Shown piece after piece: positions 1 through 11,334 of a stretch of 64,000 nucleotides of DNA (position 1 is the stretch's first letter; every line of letters begins with the position of its first letter). The notes under the pieces are model-generated. The model did not search any database. It was not told where the DNA came from and saw only the letters and a program-made list of their open reading frames with translations. This DNA comes from Alphaproteobacteria bacterium (GTDB lineage Bacteria > Pseudomonadota > Alphaproteobacteria > GCA-2731375): assembly GCA_965225945.1 (NCBI GenBank), contig CBDDBZ010000032.1, positions 160,001-224,000 of the forward strand, in the 5' to 3' direction. Position numbers and translations under genes: made by a program.

Positions 1-152
1 AGATCTTCGACGTCGGCCGGCCGGTAGAGCACCTCCGCCGCGCCGCCGACGCGAAACCAGGTCATGTCGGCGAGCGGGACCGCTTCCTCGTAGCGGCCGC
101 GGACCGCCGGCAAGCGCGCCAGCAGGCGGTCGGGGGATGAATGGCGTGCCAT
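1..152 (-). CDS. murB: UDP-N-acetylenolpyruvoylglucosamine reductase, 5' part (runs off window)
   Basis: Own translation [47 protein letters not shown]; TWFRVGG motif; start overlaps murC stop. Confidence 0.9.
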   Translation of the reverse strand, partial: MARHSSPDRLLARLPAVRGRYEEAVPLADMTWFRVGGAAEVLYRPADVED

Positions 153-1588
153 CACGACCGCGCCTCCTTCGCCGGCGCCTCGGCCGCGAGCTGGGCAAGC
201 TCGTCGGGAAGTGCGTTGGCCCACTGGGTGATGGTGCCCGCGCCAAGGCAGACCACCAGATCGCCGGGCTCGGTTTCGCCCGCGACCAAGCGGGCCAGAT
301 CGCCCGGGCCGTCCAAGGGGATCACCCGGCGGTGGCCATGGCGCCGCAGGCCGGCCACCAGGGCATCGCGATCGACACCGGCTATCGGCCCCTCGCCCGC
401 CGCGTGGACCTCGGCCACGATCACCGCGTCGGCGTCGTTGAAGCAGGAGCAGAATTCCTCGAACAGGTGCTCGAGTCGGCTGTAGCGATGCGGTTGCACC
501 ACCGCGACCACGCGCCCGGAGGTAACGGTTAGGGCGGTCTCCAGCACGGCCGTGATCTCCACCGGGTGGTGGCCGTAATCGTCGATCACGGTGACGCCCG
601 CCGCCTTGCCGGTGCGGGTGAACCGCCGCTTGACTCCGCCGAAGGCAGCGAGCGCGTTGCGGATCTCCTCGTCGTCGAGACCGAGTTCGGCGGCGATCGC
701 TACCGCGGCCAGGCTGTTCTGCAGATTGTGCCGGCCCGGCATCGGGAGGCGCAGCTTGTCGATCTGCCTGGCGCCCCCCGGCATCCGGTCCGAGAGCGCG
801 ACGGCGAAGCGGGAGCCGATCGCGTCGGTCTCGATGTCGAGGCCCCGGACGTCGGCCTGCGGGCTGAAGCCGTAGGCGATCACCCGGCGGTCGCCGATCC
901 GGCCGATCATCGCCTGCACTTCGCCATGGTCGATACACATCACCGCCAGGCCGTAGAAGGGAATGTTCTCGATGAAGTCGAGGAAGGCGGCGCGCACGCG
1001 GTCGAAGTCGCCGTAGAAATCCAGGTGCTCGGGATTGATGTTGGTGACCACCACCATGGTCGCCGGCAGCTTGACGAAACTGCCGTCGCTCTCGTCCGCC
1101 TCGACCACCATCCACTCGCCGTCGCCGAGCCGGGCGTTGGTGCCATAGGCGTTGATGATACCGCCGTTGATCACCGTCGGATCGAGGCCCGCCCCGTCCA
1201 ACAGCGCCGCGATCATCGAGGTGGTAGTGGTCTTGCCGTGGGTCCCGCCGACGGCGATCGACCATTTGAGCCGCATCAGTTCCGCGAGCATCTCGGCCCG
1301 GCGGACCACCGGCACCAGGCGGGCGCGGGCCGTCTCAACTTCGGGATTGCCGGCCTTCACGGCGGAGGAGACGACCACAACCTGGGCATCGGCGACGTTG
1401 GCGGCGTCGTGGCCGACGGCGCAGGCGATGCCGAGATCGCGCAGCCGGCGGACGTTGGCGCCGTCGGCCTGGTCCGAGCCCTGCACCCGATAGCCGAGCG
1501 TGTGCATCACCTCGGCGATGCCGCTCATGCCGATGCCGCCGATGCCGACGAAATGGATGACGCCGATGTCGAAGGGAAGCGCTCTCAT
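152..1588 (-). CDS. murC: UDP-N-acetylmuramate--L-alanine ligase
   Basis: [33 protein letters not shown] motifs; dcw position. Confidence 0.97.
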   Translation of the reverse strand: MRALPFDIGVIHFVGIGGIGMSGIAEVMHTLGYRVQGSDQADGANVRRLRDLGIACAVGHDAANVADAQVVVVSSAVKAGNPEVETARARLVPVVRRAEMLAELMRLKWSIAVGGTHGKTTTTSMIAALLDGAGLDPTVINGGIINAYGTNARLGDGEWMVVEADESDGSFVKLPATMVVVTNINPEHLDFYGDFDRVRAAFLDFIENIPFYGLAVMCIDHGEVQAMIGRIGDRRVIAYGFSPQADVRGLDIETDAIGSRFAVALSDRMPGGARQIDKLRLPMPGRHNLQNSLAAVAIAAELGLDDEEIRNALAAFGGVKRRFTRTGKAAGVTVIDDYGHHPVEITAVLETALTVTSGRVVAVVQPHRYSRLEHLFEEFCSCFNDADAVIVAEVHAAGEGPIAGVDRDALVAGLRRHGHRRVIPLDGPGDLARLVAGETEPGDLVVCLGAGTITQWANALPDELAQLAAEAPAKEARS

Positions 1589-2721
1589 GCCGCGGCCCTC
1601 CGCTGGTCCGAGGGTGTCCGGTTGCCGTTGGCGGGCGCAATCGAAAGCACCAGCCGCGCCAGCGCCTCGGCGGCATGCGCGCGGCCAGCATCGTGGCTCC
1701 GCGACGCCATGCGGGCCAACACCTCGGGACGGCGGAACAGCGACTCGAGCCGCGCCGCCAGCTCCTCGGCGGTAAACTCGGCTTCTCGGTAAAAGACGGC
1801 GGCGCCGGCATCGGCCAAGCTCGCCGCGTTCCGAGCCTGCTGGTCGTCGCCATGATGGGGATAGGGAATCAGGATCGCCGGCCGGCCAGCGAGGGTCAGC
1901 TCGGCGCAGGTGGTGGCCCCGGCGCGGCCGATGACCAGATGCGCCTCGGCCAGCCGCATCGCCATGTCGTCGAGGAAGGGGCGCACAATCGCCGGCACGC
2001 CCAGCCTCTCGTAATCGGCGCGGACCGCCTCCTCGTCCTCGCCGCGGCTCTGCTGCACCACCTCGAGCCGGCCTCTGACCGCCGGGTCGAGGCGCTCGAT
2101 CGCCCGCGGCACGATCTCGCCGAAGCGGCGGGCCCCCTGGCTGCCGCCGAAGACGAGCAGTCGAATCGTGCGATCGGGTTCGGGCGGCTGGTAGCCGGCG
2201 TCACGGATTGCCGCGATGGCCTCACGCACCGGATTGCCGGTAACCAGCAGGCGACGACCCCCGGATTCGATCACGCCCTCGGTCGCCTCGAACGAAAGCG
2301 CCAGCGCCGTCGCGCGCGACTGCAACAGGCGGTTGACACGGCCGAGTACGGCGTTTTGCTCGTGCAGCACGACCCGGGCACCGGCGCCGCGTGCGGCCAG
2401 CACCGTGGGCAACGAGGGATAGCCGCCGAAGCCGACCACCACGGGCGCGCGCACTCGGCGCAACAGACGGCGGGCCTGGAAGGCGCCGACGGCGATCTCG
2501 CCGCCTGCCCGGAGCGCGCCGAAGGGGCCTCGCCCGCTCGGCGTCGCGGCCCGGACGACGTGGACCTCGGTGCCGGCGAAATCCCGGGCCCAAGCGGCGC
2601 CGCGCGCGTCGGTGAATAGCGCCGTTGCCCGCCCCGCCCGCGCCAGCTCACCCGCCAGCGCCCGCGCCGGGAACAGATGCCCGCCGGTGCCTCCGGCGGC
2701 GATGACGATCGGCCCGGTCAT
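1585..2721 (-). CDS. murG: Lipid II GlcNAc transferase
   Basis: [29 protein letters not shown]; start [11 protein letters not shown] at 2721 overlaps ftsW stop (the 812-aa track ORF is over-extended). Confidence 0.96.
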   Translation of the reverse strand: MTGPIVIAAGGTGGHLFPARALAGELARAGRATALFTDARGAAWARDFAGTEVHVVRAATPSGRGPFGALRAGGEIAVGAFQARRLLRRVRAPVVVGFGGYPSLPTVLAARGAGARVVLHEQNAVLGRVNRLLQSRATALALSFEATEGVIESGGRRLLVTGNPVREAIAAIRDAGYQPPEPDRTIRLLVFGGSQGARRFGEIVPRAIERLDPAVRGRLEVVQQSRGEDEEAVRADYERLGVPAIVRPFLDDMAMRLAEAHLVIGRAGATTCAELTLAGRPAILIPYPHHGDDQQARNAASLADAGAAVFYREAEFTAEELAARLESLFRRPEVLARMASRSHDAGRAHAAEALARLVLSIAPANGNRTPSDQRRAAA

Positions 2722-3842
2722 TCGCGGATCTCGCGGCGGGGCCGGCGGCGTGTCAGCGCGATCACCAGCCCCATGCCGAAGGCGAACCCCAGCAGGGAGG
2801 AGCCGCCGTAAGAGATGAACGGCAGCGTCATCCCCGTGGTCGGCAACAGGCGCAGGTTCACCCCCATGTTGATCACCGCCTGCAGGCCGAACTGGGTCAG
2901 CAGACCGCCCGCCGCCAACATGATGAAGAGGCTGTCCTCGCCCATCAGCCGGCGATATCCCCTGAGCGCTATGAAGGCGAAGAGCGCCACCATCAGGGTG
3001 CAGACGACGAGGCCGAACTCCTCCCCGGCGACGGCGAAGATGAAATCGGTATGGGCGTCGGGCAGCACCCGCTTGCCGATGCCCTCCCCAGGGCCGCGCC
3101 CCATGAGGCCGCCCTTGGCGAACGCCTCGAGCGCGGTCTCGATTTGGTAAGTGTCGCCTCGGGAGGGATCGAGGAAACGATCGATGCGGCTGGTGAAATG
3201 CGGCACCAGCGTGTAGAGCACCAAGGCGGCGCCGACGCCGGCGCTGATCAGCACGCCGACCCAGAGGAACGGCAGCCCGGCCATGAAGACTTGGGCCGAC
3301 CACACCGCGATCACCACGATCGCCATGCCGATGTCGGGTTGTGCCAGCAGCATGGTACCCACCAGGAGCGCGAGCGCAGCGGCGATCATGTTGCCGGGCA
3401 CGCGCTGGCGTTCCTTCTCCGCCGCCAGCATCCAGGCGGTCACCACGATGAAGCAGGGCTTGACGAATTCGGAGGGCTGCAACGACAGGCCGGCGAGTTG
3501 GAGCCAACGCCGCGCACCGCTGATTTCCATCCCGAAGACGAGGGTGAGGGCCAGGAGGGGGAGCGTCAGCACGAAGCCGCAGACGGCGAGTCTGCGAACC
3601 GTTTTGGCGTCGCAGAGCGAGACCGCCAGCAGCACCGCGATGGCCGGAACCAGGAAGACGAACTGGCGGCCGGCGAAATGAAAGGAATCGAGTCCCAGCC
3701 GCTCGGCCACCGCCGGGCTGGCGGCGAGCATCAGCACCGCCCCCAGCAGCACCAGAAGCCCGATCGCCGACAGCATCCAGCGGTCCACGGTCCACCACCA
3801 GCGGCCGACGATGCTCGTATCGGCGCGGGTGAGCGTCAGCAC
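2718..3842 (-). CDS. ftsW: Cell division SEDS protein FtsW
   Basis: WWWTVDR, GARRW, SLQPSEF, LPDAHTDFIF, LPFISYGGSS; GTG start after GGGAGGG. Confidence 0.95.
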   Translation of the reverse strand: MLTLTRADTSIVGRWWWTVDRWMLSAIGLLVLLGAVLMLAASPAVAERLGLDSFHFAGRQFVFLVPAIAVLLAVSLCDAKTVRRLAVCGFVLTLPLLALTLVFGMEISGARRWLQLAGLSLQPSEFVKPCFIVVTAWMLAAEKERQRVPGNMIAAALALLVGTMLLAQPDIGMAIVVIAVWSAQVFMAGLPFLWVGVLISAGVGAALVLYTLVPHFTSRIDRFLDPSRGDTYQIETALEAFAKGGLMGRGPGEGIGKRVLPDAHTDFIFAVAGEEFGLVVCTLMVALFAFIALRGYRRLMGEDSLFIMLAAGGLLTQFGLQAVINMGVNLRLLPTTGMTLPFISYGGSSLLGFAFGMGLVIALTRRRPRREIRE

Positions 3843-5227
3843 GAGCCACCCTCCCATGCCGCCACCAACTCCCGGGCGAGACGGGCGAAGGCCTCGCCTC
3901 GCGCCTCGAAATTGGCGAACTGATCGAAGGAGGCGCAGGCCGGCGACAGCAGGACCACCGCCTCGTCGCGCGCCTCCGTCCGGGCCCTGGCGCCGGCGCG
4001 GGCGACGGCGTGCTCCAGGTCACCGGCGATCTCGTGCGCGACGCGGCCTTCTAGGTCGCGCGCGAAAGCTTCCGCCGCCTCGCCGATCAGATAGGCCGCG
4101 GCGATGTGATCCAGGAGCGGCAGCAGGGGTCGGATGCCCTCGGCCTTGGGCCGCCCGCCGACGATCCAGTGGACCCGGTCGTAGGCCGCGAGCGCGTGGG
4201 CCGTGGCCTCGGCGTTGGTCGCCTTGCTGTCGTTGACGAAGGCGACCCCGGCACCGGCGGCGACCCGCTGCATGCGGTGGGGAAGGCCCGGGAAACTCTC
4301 TAGGCCGGCCCGGAGCTCGGCCGCCGACAATCCGAGGCAATCGGCCACGGCTAGCGCGGCGGCGGCGTTTTGCCAATTGTGCCGCCCGCGCAAGGTCTCG
4401 ATACCCTGGAGGCGGGCGAGCGCGCGCTCCCCATCGGGGCCGACGCGTAGCACCACGCCGTCCTCGACGACGATGCCGTCCTCCGGACGCTCGACCACCG
4501 AGAGGGCGACCACCTCGCGCCCGGCGGCGCGAAGCGCGCCGGCGATTTTCCGCCCGTGGGCATCGTCGATGCCGACGACGGCCAGACCTCGTCCCATCTC
4601 CAGCAACCGCCGCTTGGCGCCGACGTAGCCCGCCATGTCGCCGTGACGGTCCAGATGGTCGGGACTGAGGTTCAACAGCACCGCGATCTCGGGCTCGAGG
4701 CTTCGCGTCAGGTCGATCTGGTAGGAGGAGAGTTCCAGGACATAGACGCCGGGCGCCTCCAAGGGTTCCAGGTCGAGAACGGGACGGCCGAGATTGGCGC
4801 CGAGCTCGACCCGGTGGCCGGCGCCGTTGAGCAAATGGCCGATCAGAGCCGTCGTCGTCGACTTGCCGTTGGTGCCAGTGACGGCGACGACGCGTGCCGC
4901 CGGCCGGGCGCGGGCGAAGAGCTCGATGTCGCCCAGGATCTCCAACTCGAGCTCGCCGGCCAATTCGACCACCGGGTGCGGCGCCGGATGGGTCAGCGGC
5001 ACGCCTGGGCTCAGCACCAGGCCCGAGAGGCCGGCCCAGGCATCCCGGCTCGGCGCCACCGCCTCGATGCCCGCCACGCCGGCTAGAGCATCCAGGCGGG
5101 TCGGGTCGTCGTCCCAGACCCGGACCCGGGCGCCACCGGCGGCGAGCGCCCGCGCACTGACCAGGCCGCTCGCGCCGAGGCCGAAGACGGCCACCGCCTG
5201 GTCCCGAAATGTGGTCACCGCAATCAC
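3836..5227 (-). CDS. murD: UDP-MurNAc-L-Ala--D-glutamate ligase
   Basis: TGTNGKSTT, ELSSYQ, DHLDRH, NDSKATN, SPACASFDQF. Confidence 0.96.
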   Translation of the reverse strand: MIAVTTFRDQAVAVFGLGASGLVSARALAAGGARVRVWDDDPTRLDALAGVAGIEAVAPSRDAWAGLSGLVLSPGVPLTHPAPHPVVELAGELELEILGDIELFARARPAARVVAVTGTNGKSTTTALIGHLLNGAGHRVELGANLGRPVLDLEPLEAPGVYVLELSSYQIDLTRSLEPEIAVLLNLSPDHLDRHGDMAGYVGAKRRLLEMGRGLAVVGIDDAHGRKIAGALRAAGREVVALSVVERPEDGIVVEDGVVLRVGPDGERALARLQGIETLRGRHNWQNAAAALAVADCLGLSAAELRAGLESFPGLPHRMQRVAAGAGVAFVNDSKATNAEATAHALAAYDRVHWIVGGRPKAEGIRPLLPLLDHIAAAYLIGEAAEAFARDLEGRVAHEIAGDLEHAVARAGARARTEARDEAVVLLSPACASFDQFANFEARGEAFARLARELVAAWEGGSC

Positions 5228-5231
5228 CCGC

Positions 5232-6320
5232 TCACCTCAGCTTCAATGTCGCCAGGCCGGCCAGCGCCAGCACCACGGCGATGATCCAGAAGCGGATGAC
5301 TATCGTCGGCTCGGCCCAGCCCTTCTGCTCGAAGTGGTGGTGCAACGGCGCCATGCGGAAAACGCGACGGCCGGTCAACTTGAAGGAGGCGACCTGGACG
5401 ATGACCGAGACGGTTTCCAGAACGAAGAGGCCGCCGATGATCGCCAGCACCAGCTCGTGCTTGGTGATCACGGCGACGGCGCCGATGCCGCCGCCGAGCG
5501 CCAGGCTGCCGGTGTCGCCCATGAAGACCATCGCCGGCGGCGCGTTGAACCAGAGGAAGCCGAGACCCGCGCCGACCAGGGCGCCGCAGAAGATGGCGAG
5601 CTCGCCCGCGCCGGGGACGGACTGGATCTGCAGGTAGTTGGAGAAGACCGCGTTTCCCGCCAGATAGCTGATCAGCAGAAAGGAGCTGGCGGCGATGATC
5701 ACCGGGCCGATCGCCAGGCCGTCCAGGCCGTCGGTGAGATTGACGGCGTTCGAGGCGCCGACGACGACGAAAACCGCGAACGGCAGGAAGAACCAGCCGA
5801 GCGGCAGCAGCACCGCCTTGAAGAAGGGTATCGCCAGACCGGTATCCAGCGGCGACGCCGTCGCGCGGACGACCCAGTACAAGGCGACGAGGGCGATCGC
5901 CACCTCCGCCAGCAGCTTGATCTTGCCCGGCACGCCCTTGCTGTGGACCCGACTCACCTTCGCGTAGTCGTCGGCAAAGCCCACCAAGCCGAAGCCGGTC
6001 GTCACCAACAGCACCGACCAGACGTAAGGATTGGTGAGATCCGCCCAGAGGAGCGTCGAGACCGAGAGCGCCAGCAAGATCAGAAAACCGCCCATGGTGG
6101 GCGTTCCCTGCTTGGTCAAGAAGTGGTGTTCCGGCCCATCTTCGCGGATCGGCTGCCCCTTGCCCTGCTTTTTCTTGAGCCAGCGGATCAGGCTCGGGCC
6201 GAAGACAAAGCTGATCAATAGCGCCGTCAGGATCGCCCCGCCGGTTCGGAAGGTGATGTAGCGGAAGAGATTGAAGCCGAAGAACTGGTCGGTCAGCGGA
6301 TGCAGGAGGTTATAAAGCAT
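5232..6320 (-). CDS. mraY: Phospho-MurNAc-pentapeptide transferase
   Basis: [38 protein letters not shown]. Confidence 0.98.
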   Translation of the reverse strand: MLYNLLHPLTDQFFGFNLFRYITFRTGGAILTALLISFVFGPSLIRWLKKKQGKGQPIREDGPEHHFLTKQGTPTMGGFLILLALSVSTLLWADLTNPYVWSVLLVTTGFGLVGFADDYAKVSRVHSKGVPGKIKLLAEVAIALVALYWVVRATASPLDTGLAIPFFKAVLLPLGWFFLPFAVFVVVGASNAVNLTDGLDGLAIGPVIIAASSFLLISYLAGNAVFSNYLQIQSVPGAGELAIFCGALVGAGLGFLWFNAPPAMVFMGDTGSLALGGGIGAVAVITKHELVLAIIGGLFVLETVSVIVQVASFKLTGRRVFRMAPLHHHFEQKGWAEPTIVIRFWIIAVVLALAGLATLKLR

Positions 6321-7737
6321 CGCGACCTCCCCCGCTCCGCAGCCCCGAGGCCGCGCCCCGGGCCCGAAGCGCCTCGACGATCGGTGCCATCGCCATGCCG
6401 AGGGAGCCCTTCACCATCACCACGTCGCCCGGCCGGACCTCGGCCAGTACCAGAGCGAGAAGTTCGCCCGCATCGGCCCGATGCTCAGCCTCCGTCGCCG
6501 CCGTCAGGCACGCCATTTGCGGTCCACAGCTGAAGATCAAGTCGATTCCCGCCTTGGCGATCGGCTCGGCCAGTTCGGCGTGGAACTCCGGGCCTTCCGA
6601 GCCCAGCTCCAGCATGTCGCCGAGGACGGCGATCCGCCGACCGCCCGCGTCGGGGGGCGTGGCGCCGAGAACCGCGAGGGCAGCCCGCATCGAGGCCGGG
6701 TTGGCGTTATAGCTCTCGTCGATCAGGACGAAGGCGCCCGCCTCGGTTTCGACCTCGTGACGCAAGCCGCGGCCGGCGAGCGCCGAGACGTCGGCCAGCG
6801 CCAGGGCGGCGCGGCCGATATCGGCCTCCAGCAGGCGCGTGACCGTCAGCACGGCAAGGCTGTTCATCGCCCAATGCCGCCCGGGCGCGCCGACCTTGTA
6901 GGCCACGGCCTGGCCCATGACATCGGCGGAGACGCAGATGCAGTGGGGATGCTCGACCACCTTGAGCAGGCGGGACTCGGCGGCGCCGTCACGGCCGAAG
7001 CCGACGATGCGGGCGGCGCCCGCCTGGGCCGCCGCCTTCGCCAGGATCTCGTAATGGGGGGCGTCCCGGTTGATCAGCGCGAAGCCACCCGGCGCCAGCC
7101 CCTGAAAGATCTCCGCCTTGGCCCGGGCGATGGCGGCGAGATCGTCGAACATTGCCAGGTGCGCCGGCGCGATGGTGGTGACGAGAGCCACATGGGGCCG
7201 GACCTGCCGGGCCAGAGGGGCGATCTCGCCCGGGTGGTTCATGCCGAGCTCGAAAACGCCATGGGCGCTATCCAGCGGCATCCGCGCCAAGCTCAGTGGC
7301 ACGCCCCAAAGATTATTGTAGCTGGCGGCGCTGGCGTGGGTCGGGGCCGTCGCCGCGAGCGCCTGGCGCAGCGCCTCCTTGGTGCTGGTCTTGCCGGCGC
7401 TGCCGGTGATCGCGACGATGCGGGCCGCCGAGCTCTCGCGGCGCTCGGCGCCGAGCCGCTCGAGGGCGCCGAGGGTGTCGTCGACCCGGATCAGCGGCGC
7501 CTCCGCCGCCACACCCTCCGGCTGGCGCGAGACGACGGCGCCCGCGGCACCCCGGGAAAGCGCGTCGGCGACGAAATCGTGGCCGTCGTGGCTCGGCCCG
7601 GCGATGGCGAAGAAGAGGTCGTCCGGCGCCACGGTCCGGCTGTCGATCGAAACGCCGCGGGCGGACCATTCGCCGCCCCGGCGTCCACCGGTCGCGATCC
7701 GCGCGGCTTCGGCGGTCCAGAGCGCGCGGCCGCTCAT
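6310..7737 (-). CDS. murF: UDP-MurNAc-tripeptide--D-Ala-D-Ala ligase
   Basis: [46 protein letters not shown]; start 7737 (ATGA overlap) or 7746. Confidence 0.96.
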   Translation of the reverse strand: MSGRALWTAEAARIATGGRRGGEWSARGVSIDSRTVAPDDLFFAIAGPSHDGHDFVADALSRGAAGAVVSRQPEGVAAEAPLIRVDDTLGALERLGAERRESSAARIVAITGSAGKTSTKEALRQALAATAPTHASAASYNNLWGVPLSLARMPLDSAHGVFELGMNHPGEIAPLARQVRPHVALVTTIAPAHLAMFDDLAAIARAKAEIFQGLAPGGFALINRDAPHYEILAKAAAQAGAARIVGFGRDGAAESRLLKVVEHPHCICVSADVMGQAVAYKVGAPGRHWAMNSLAVLTVTRLLEADIGRAALALADVSALAGRGLRHEVETEAGAFVLIDESYNANPASMRAALAVLGATPPDAGGRRIAVLGDMLELGSEGPEFHAELAEPIAKAGIDLIFSCGPQMACLTAATEAEHRADAGELLALVLAEVRPGDVVMVKGSLGMAMAPIVEALRARGAASGLRSGGGRDAL

Positions 7738-9197
7738 GGCGCCCATCCGCCGTGCTCGCGCGCCCGCGCCTGCGCCTGCGCCTCAGCGGCATCGTCGAAA
7801 GGCCGGATCTCCTCGCCGATGTACTGACCCTGCTCGTGCCCCTTGCCGGCGATCACCAACACATCGCCGATGTCCAAAGTCTCGATCGCGACGCGGATGG
7901 CCTCGCCCCGCTCACCGATCTCGCGCGCCTGCGCACAGCCGCGCATCACTTCGGCGCGGATCGCCGCCGGTTCCTCGGTCCGAGGGTTGTCATCGGTGAC
8001 GATGACGCGATCCGCCATTCGCTCGGCGATCCGCCCCATCTCGACGCGCTTGCCCGGGTCCCGGTCGCCGCCACAACCGAAGACGACGACGAGCCGCCCC
8101 CGGGTCGCCGGACGCAGGGCCCTGAGCACGTTCTCCAGCGCCCCCGGCTTGTGGGCGTAGTCGACATAGATCCGAGCGCCGTTGGCCAGTTCTGCGACTC
8201 GTTGCAGGCGGCCCGGAACGCCGTCGAGCGCCGCCAACCCCGCCACCGTCGCCCGGGCGTCCCCGCCGCAGGCCAGCACCAGGCCGACCGCGGCGATCGC
8301 GTTCATCGCCTGAAAGCGTCCCGGAAGCGGTAGGCATACTTCGCTTTCGCGTCCCAGGACCTCGAGCGTCAAGCGCTGCGCCGAGCCCTCCGTGTCGATG
8401 TCGACGAGGCGCAGGTCGGCCTCGCCGGCGCCATAGGTCATGATATCGAGCCCGCGAGCCCGGCAGGCGCCGATCACCCTGCCCGCGACCGTGCAGTCGG
8501 CGTTGATCACGGCCATGCCGCCCGCCGCCATCACGCAATCGAAGAGCCGCAGCTTGGCGGCGAGATAGGCCTCGGTGTCGGCGTGGTAGTCCAGGTGATC
8601 GCGGCTGAAGTTGGTGAAGGCGCCGGCGGCGATGGCCAAACCGTCGAGGCGGCGCTGGTCGAGACCGTGGCTCGAGGCCTCGATCGCCACGCATTCGACG
8701 CCGCCCGCCGCCAGGCGGTCGAGCTCGCGATGCAGCGTCACCGGATCGGGCGTGGTGTGGGCGATCGAGGCCACCTCGTCGTCGGCCAGGACACCGAGGG
8801 TGCCGATGCTGGCGGCGGGCCGCCCGGCCCCTCGCCACAATTGGCGGGTGAAGTCAACGACCGAGGTCTTGCCGCTGGTGCCGGTGACGGCGACCACGGT
8901 CTCGGGCGCGCGACCGTGAAAGCGGGCGGCCATCAGCGCCAGCTGGCGGCGCGGATCCTCCGCCAGCACCACCGGGATCTCGATGTCACCGCGCACGAGC
9001 GTGCTCGGCGCCAGCAGGGCGGCGGCGCCCCGGCATAGCGCGTCGTCGATGAAGCAAGCGCCGTCGGTTCGCGAGCCCGGCAGTGCCGCGAACAGGTAAC
9101 CCGGCGCCACTTCCCGGCTGTCGGCCGTCAGGCCGGTGATCTCCGCGTCGCCGCCGAGCCTGATCGCCTCGTCTCGGATCAGCTCAAAAAGACGCAA
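7734..9197 (-). CDS. murE: UDP-MurNAc-dipeptide--meso-DAP ligase
   Basis: VTGTSGKTS, EASSHGL, DHLDYH, DYAHKP, DNPR (DAP-type), AGKGHE; probable TTG start. Confidence 0.95.
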   Translation of the reverse strand: MRLFELIRDEAIRLGGDAEITGLTADSREVAPGYLFAALPGSRTDGACFIDDALCRGAAALLAPSTLVRGDIEIPVVLAEDPRRQLALMAARFHGRAPETVVAVTGTSGKTSVVDFTRQLWRGAGRPAASIGTLGVLADDEVASIAHTTPDPVTLHRELDRLAAGGVECVAIEASSHGLDQRRLDGLAIAAGAFTNFSRDHLDYHADTEAYLAAKLRLFDCVMAAGGMAVINADCTVAGRVIGACRARGLDIMTYGAGEADLRLVDIDTEGSAQRLTLEVLGRESEVCLPLPGRFQAMNAIAAVGLVLACGGDARATVAGLAALDGVPGRLQRVAELANGARIYVDYAHKPGALENVLRALRPATRGRLVVVFGCGGDRDPGKRVEMGRIAERMADRVIVTDDNPRTEEPAAIRAEVMRGCAQAREIGERGEAIRVAIETLDIGDVLVIAGKGHEQGQYIGEEIRPFDDAAEAQAQARAREHGGWAP

Positions 9198-10923
9198 GAC
9201 GAGTCTTCCCCTTCTCGGGAGCGAGGCGCATCGCCCGTTCGATCTCGACGTCGGTCTCGTCGAGGATCGGCAGGCCGACGATCGGGGCGATACGGGCAAT
9301 CACGCGGCCAGCGGTCGGCGCCGCCGTCCAGCCGGCCGTCGCGAAGCCGTGGGTCGCCACGTTGCCCTGCGGCTCGTCCAGCAGCACGAAGACGACGTAA
9401 CGCGGCGCCGTCATCGGGAAGACGGCGACGAAGGAGGACAGAATCGTGCGACGATCGTAACCACGCGGGCCGATTTTGTCCGCCGTGCCGGTCTTGCCGC
9501 CAACGAGGTAGCCCGGAATGCTCGCCTGCTTGCCGGTGCCTTCGCGCACCACCAGACGCAGCAGGCGACGCATGGTATCCGAGGTGCGCCGGGAGATCAC
9601 CCGGGTGCCCTCGGGCGCTGGCCCGTCGCGCCGGATCAAGGTGGCTGGGTGCAGGATGCCGCCGTTGATCACCGCCGCGGTCGCGCTTGCCACCTGCATC
9701 GGGCTTACCGCCAGGCCATGACCGAAGGCGACCGTCATGGTGTTGATCTCGCGCCAGGGACTGGGGCTCAGCGGGGCGCCCACCTCCGGCAACTCGATCG
9801 CCGAGGGTCGGAGCATGCCGAGGCGGTCCATGAAGGCGCGCTGGCGCTCGGTGCCGACGTCAAGAGCGAGCTTGGCCGAGCCGATGTTGGAGGAATACTT
9901 GAAAATCTCCGGCACGCTGAGCCAGCGCCGCTTCGGGTGGTCGTCGCGAATGGTGAAACGGGCGACGCGGATCGGCCGGCTGGCGTCGTAACCGTCTCGG
10001 AGCGTCACCGTGCCACTCTCCAGGCCCATCGCGGTGTTGAACACCTTGAACACCGAGCCGAGCTCGTAGACGCCGAGCGTCACGCGATTGAAGCGGGCGA
10101 ACTCACTCGCCTCGCCCGGGCGGTTCGGATCGAAGTCCGGCAGGGAAGAGAGGGCCAGGACCTCGCCGTTGCGGGCATCGAGGATGATGCCGGCGGCGCC
10201 CACGGCGCGATAGCGCCGCATCGCCGCCCGCAATTCGTCGCGCAGCGCGTGCTGCAGGCGGGAATCGATGGTGAGGCGGAACGCCCTGTCCCGCCCCTCG
10301 GTCAGCGCCTCGTCGCGCGACTTCTCGATCCCGGCAATGCCGCTGTTGTCGATGTCGACAAATCCGGTGACATGGCTCGCCAGCGATCCCAGCGGATAGA
10401 TCCGCCGTTGCTCGTTTTGAAAGGCGAGGCCGGGAATGCCGAGGGCATTGACGTCGTGCAACTGGCGCGGCGTCAGGTTGCGCTTGACCCAGACGAAGGC
10501 GCGGTCGGATGCGAGCTTGGCTTCGACCGCGGCCGGATCGAGATCCGGCAGCACCCGGACCAGCGCGGCGGCAGCCGCCGCCGGATCGTCGATCACCCGG
10601 GCGTCCGCATGCAACGAGGCCGAGGCGAGATTGGTCGCCAGCAGGACACCGTTGCGGTCGACGATGTCGGCCCGCTCGCTCGGCTTCGGCGCGGCCCGGC
10701 CGGCCGTCACCGCCGGCTCCGCGGCCTGGCGCAGCAACATCACGTGAACCAAGCGGCCACCGATGGTCGCGAAAGCGAGCGCGAACAGCAACGACATGAT
10801 CTGCAGCCGGCCCCGCCCGGTCAGCAACCAGCGGGTATCGGCCGCCTGGATGCCGGTGCCGGCCGGCGGGCTCTCCCGTCGATCGAATAGCGGCAAGCTC
10901 CGGTCGTTGGCGCGATGTCTCAT
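9184..10923 (-). CDS. ftsI: Penicillin-binding protein 3
   Basis: RADIVDRNG, GSVFK (SxxK), SSN, KTGT; ATG at 10923 overlaps ftsL stop. Confidence 0.95.
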   Translation of the reverse strand: MRHRANDRSLPLFDRRESPPAGTGIQAADTRWLLTGRGRLQIMSLLFALAFATIGGRLVHVMLLRQAAEPAVTAGRAAPKPSERADIVDRNGVLLATNLASASLHADARVIDDPAAAAAALVRVLPDLDPAAVEAKLASDRAFVWVKRNLTPRQLHDVNALGIPGLAFQNEQRRIYPLGSLASHVTGFVDIDNSGIAGIEKSRDEALTEGRDRAFRLTIDSRLQHALRDELRAAMRRYRAVGAAGIILDARNGEVLALSSLPDFDPNRPGEASEFARFNRVTLGVYELGSVFKVFNTAMGLESGTVTLRDGYDASRPIRVARFTIRDDHPKRRWLSVPEIFKYSSNIGSAKLALDVGTERQRAFMDRLGMLRPSAIELPEVGAPLSPSPWREINTMTVAFGHGLAVSPMQVASATAAVINGGILHPATLIRRDGPAPEGTRVISRRTSDTMRRLLRLVVREGTGKQASIPGYLVGGKTGTADKIGPRGYDRRTILSSFVAVFPMTAPRYVVFVLLDEPQGNVATHGFATAGWTAAPTAGRVIARIAPIVGLPILDETDVEIERAMRLAPEKGKTRLASF

Positions 10924-11249
10924 CGTCTCGTCCCCGCCTCGCCGCGCCGTGCCGCCACCGGATCCGGACGGGTCGGAAGGCCCTCGAACCCGACGATCTG
11001 ATCGGGCGAAACCGGCGCCAAGGCGATCGCCTCGACATGTTGGGCCGCCAGCGCCTGCAACCGTTCCGGCCGATTCAGATAGCTCCACTCGGCCTCGAGA
11101 ACCTGGATCGCTTGGCGATCCGCCAGCAGCTCCGCCTCGAGCCCAGCAAGCCGGCGCTCGAGTTGTTGCACCTGGTTCTCGATCAGGTAGAGCGCGAGCG
11201 CCAGCGTGAGCGCGAGAATCGACGAGACGACGGTGAGGAGGCGTCTCAT
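10920..11249 (-). CDS. ftsL: Cell division protein FtsL
   Basis: One TM helix, coiled coil, LEAEWSYLNRPERL; between rsmH and ftsI. Confidence 0.88.
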   Translation of the reverse strand: MRRLLTVVSSILALTLALALYLIENQVQQLERRLAGLEAELLADRQAIQVLEAEWSYLNRPERLQALAAQHVEAIALAPVSPDQIVGFEGLPTRPDPVAARRGEAGTRR

Positions 11250-11334
11250 GCCGCGTTCTCGATCAGGTAGAGCGCGAGCGCCAGCGTGAGCGCGAGAATC
11301 GACGAGACGACGGTGAGGAGGCGTCTCATGCCGC
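11175..11334. repeat. Perfect 80-bp tandem duplication covering the ftsL 5' end
   Basis: 11175-11254 identical to 11255-11334. Confidence 0.95.

Noticed and set aside
1585-4023. 812-aa ORF as a MurG fusion
   Set aside because: The N-terminal half is an off-frame read through ftsW; real murG starts at 2721.
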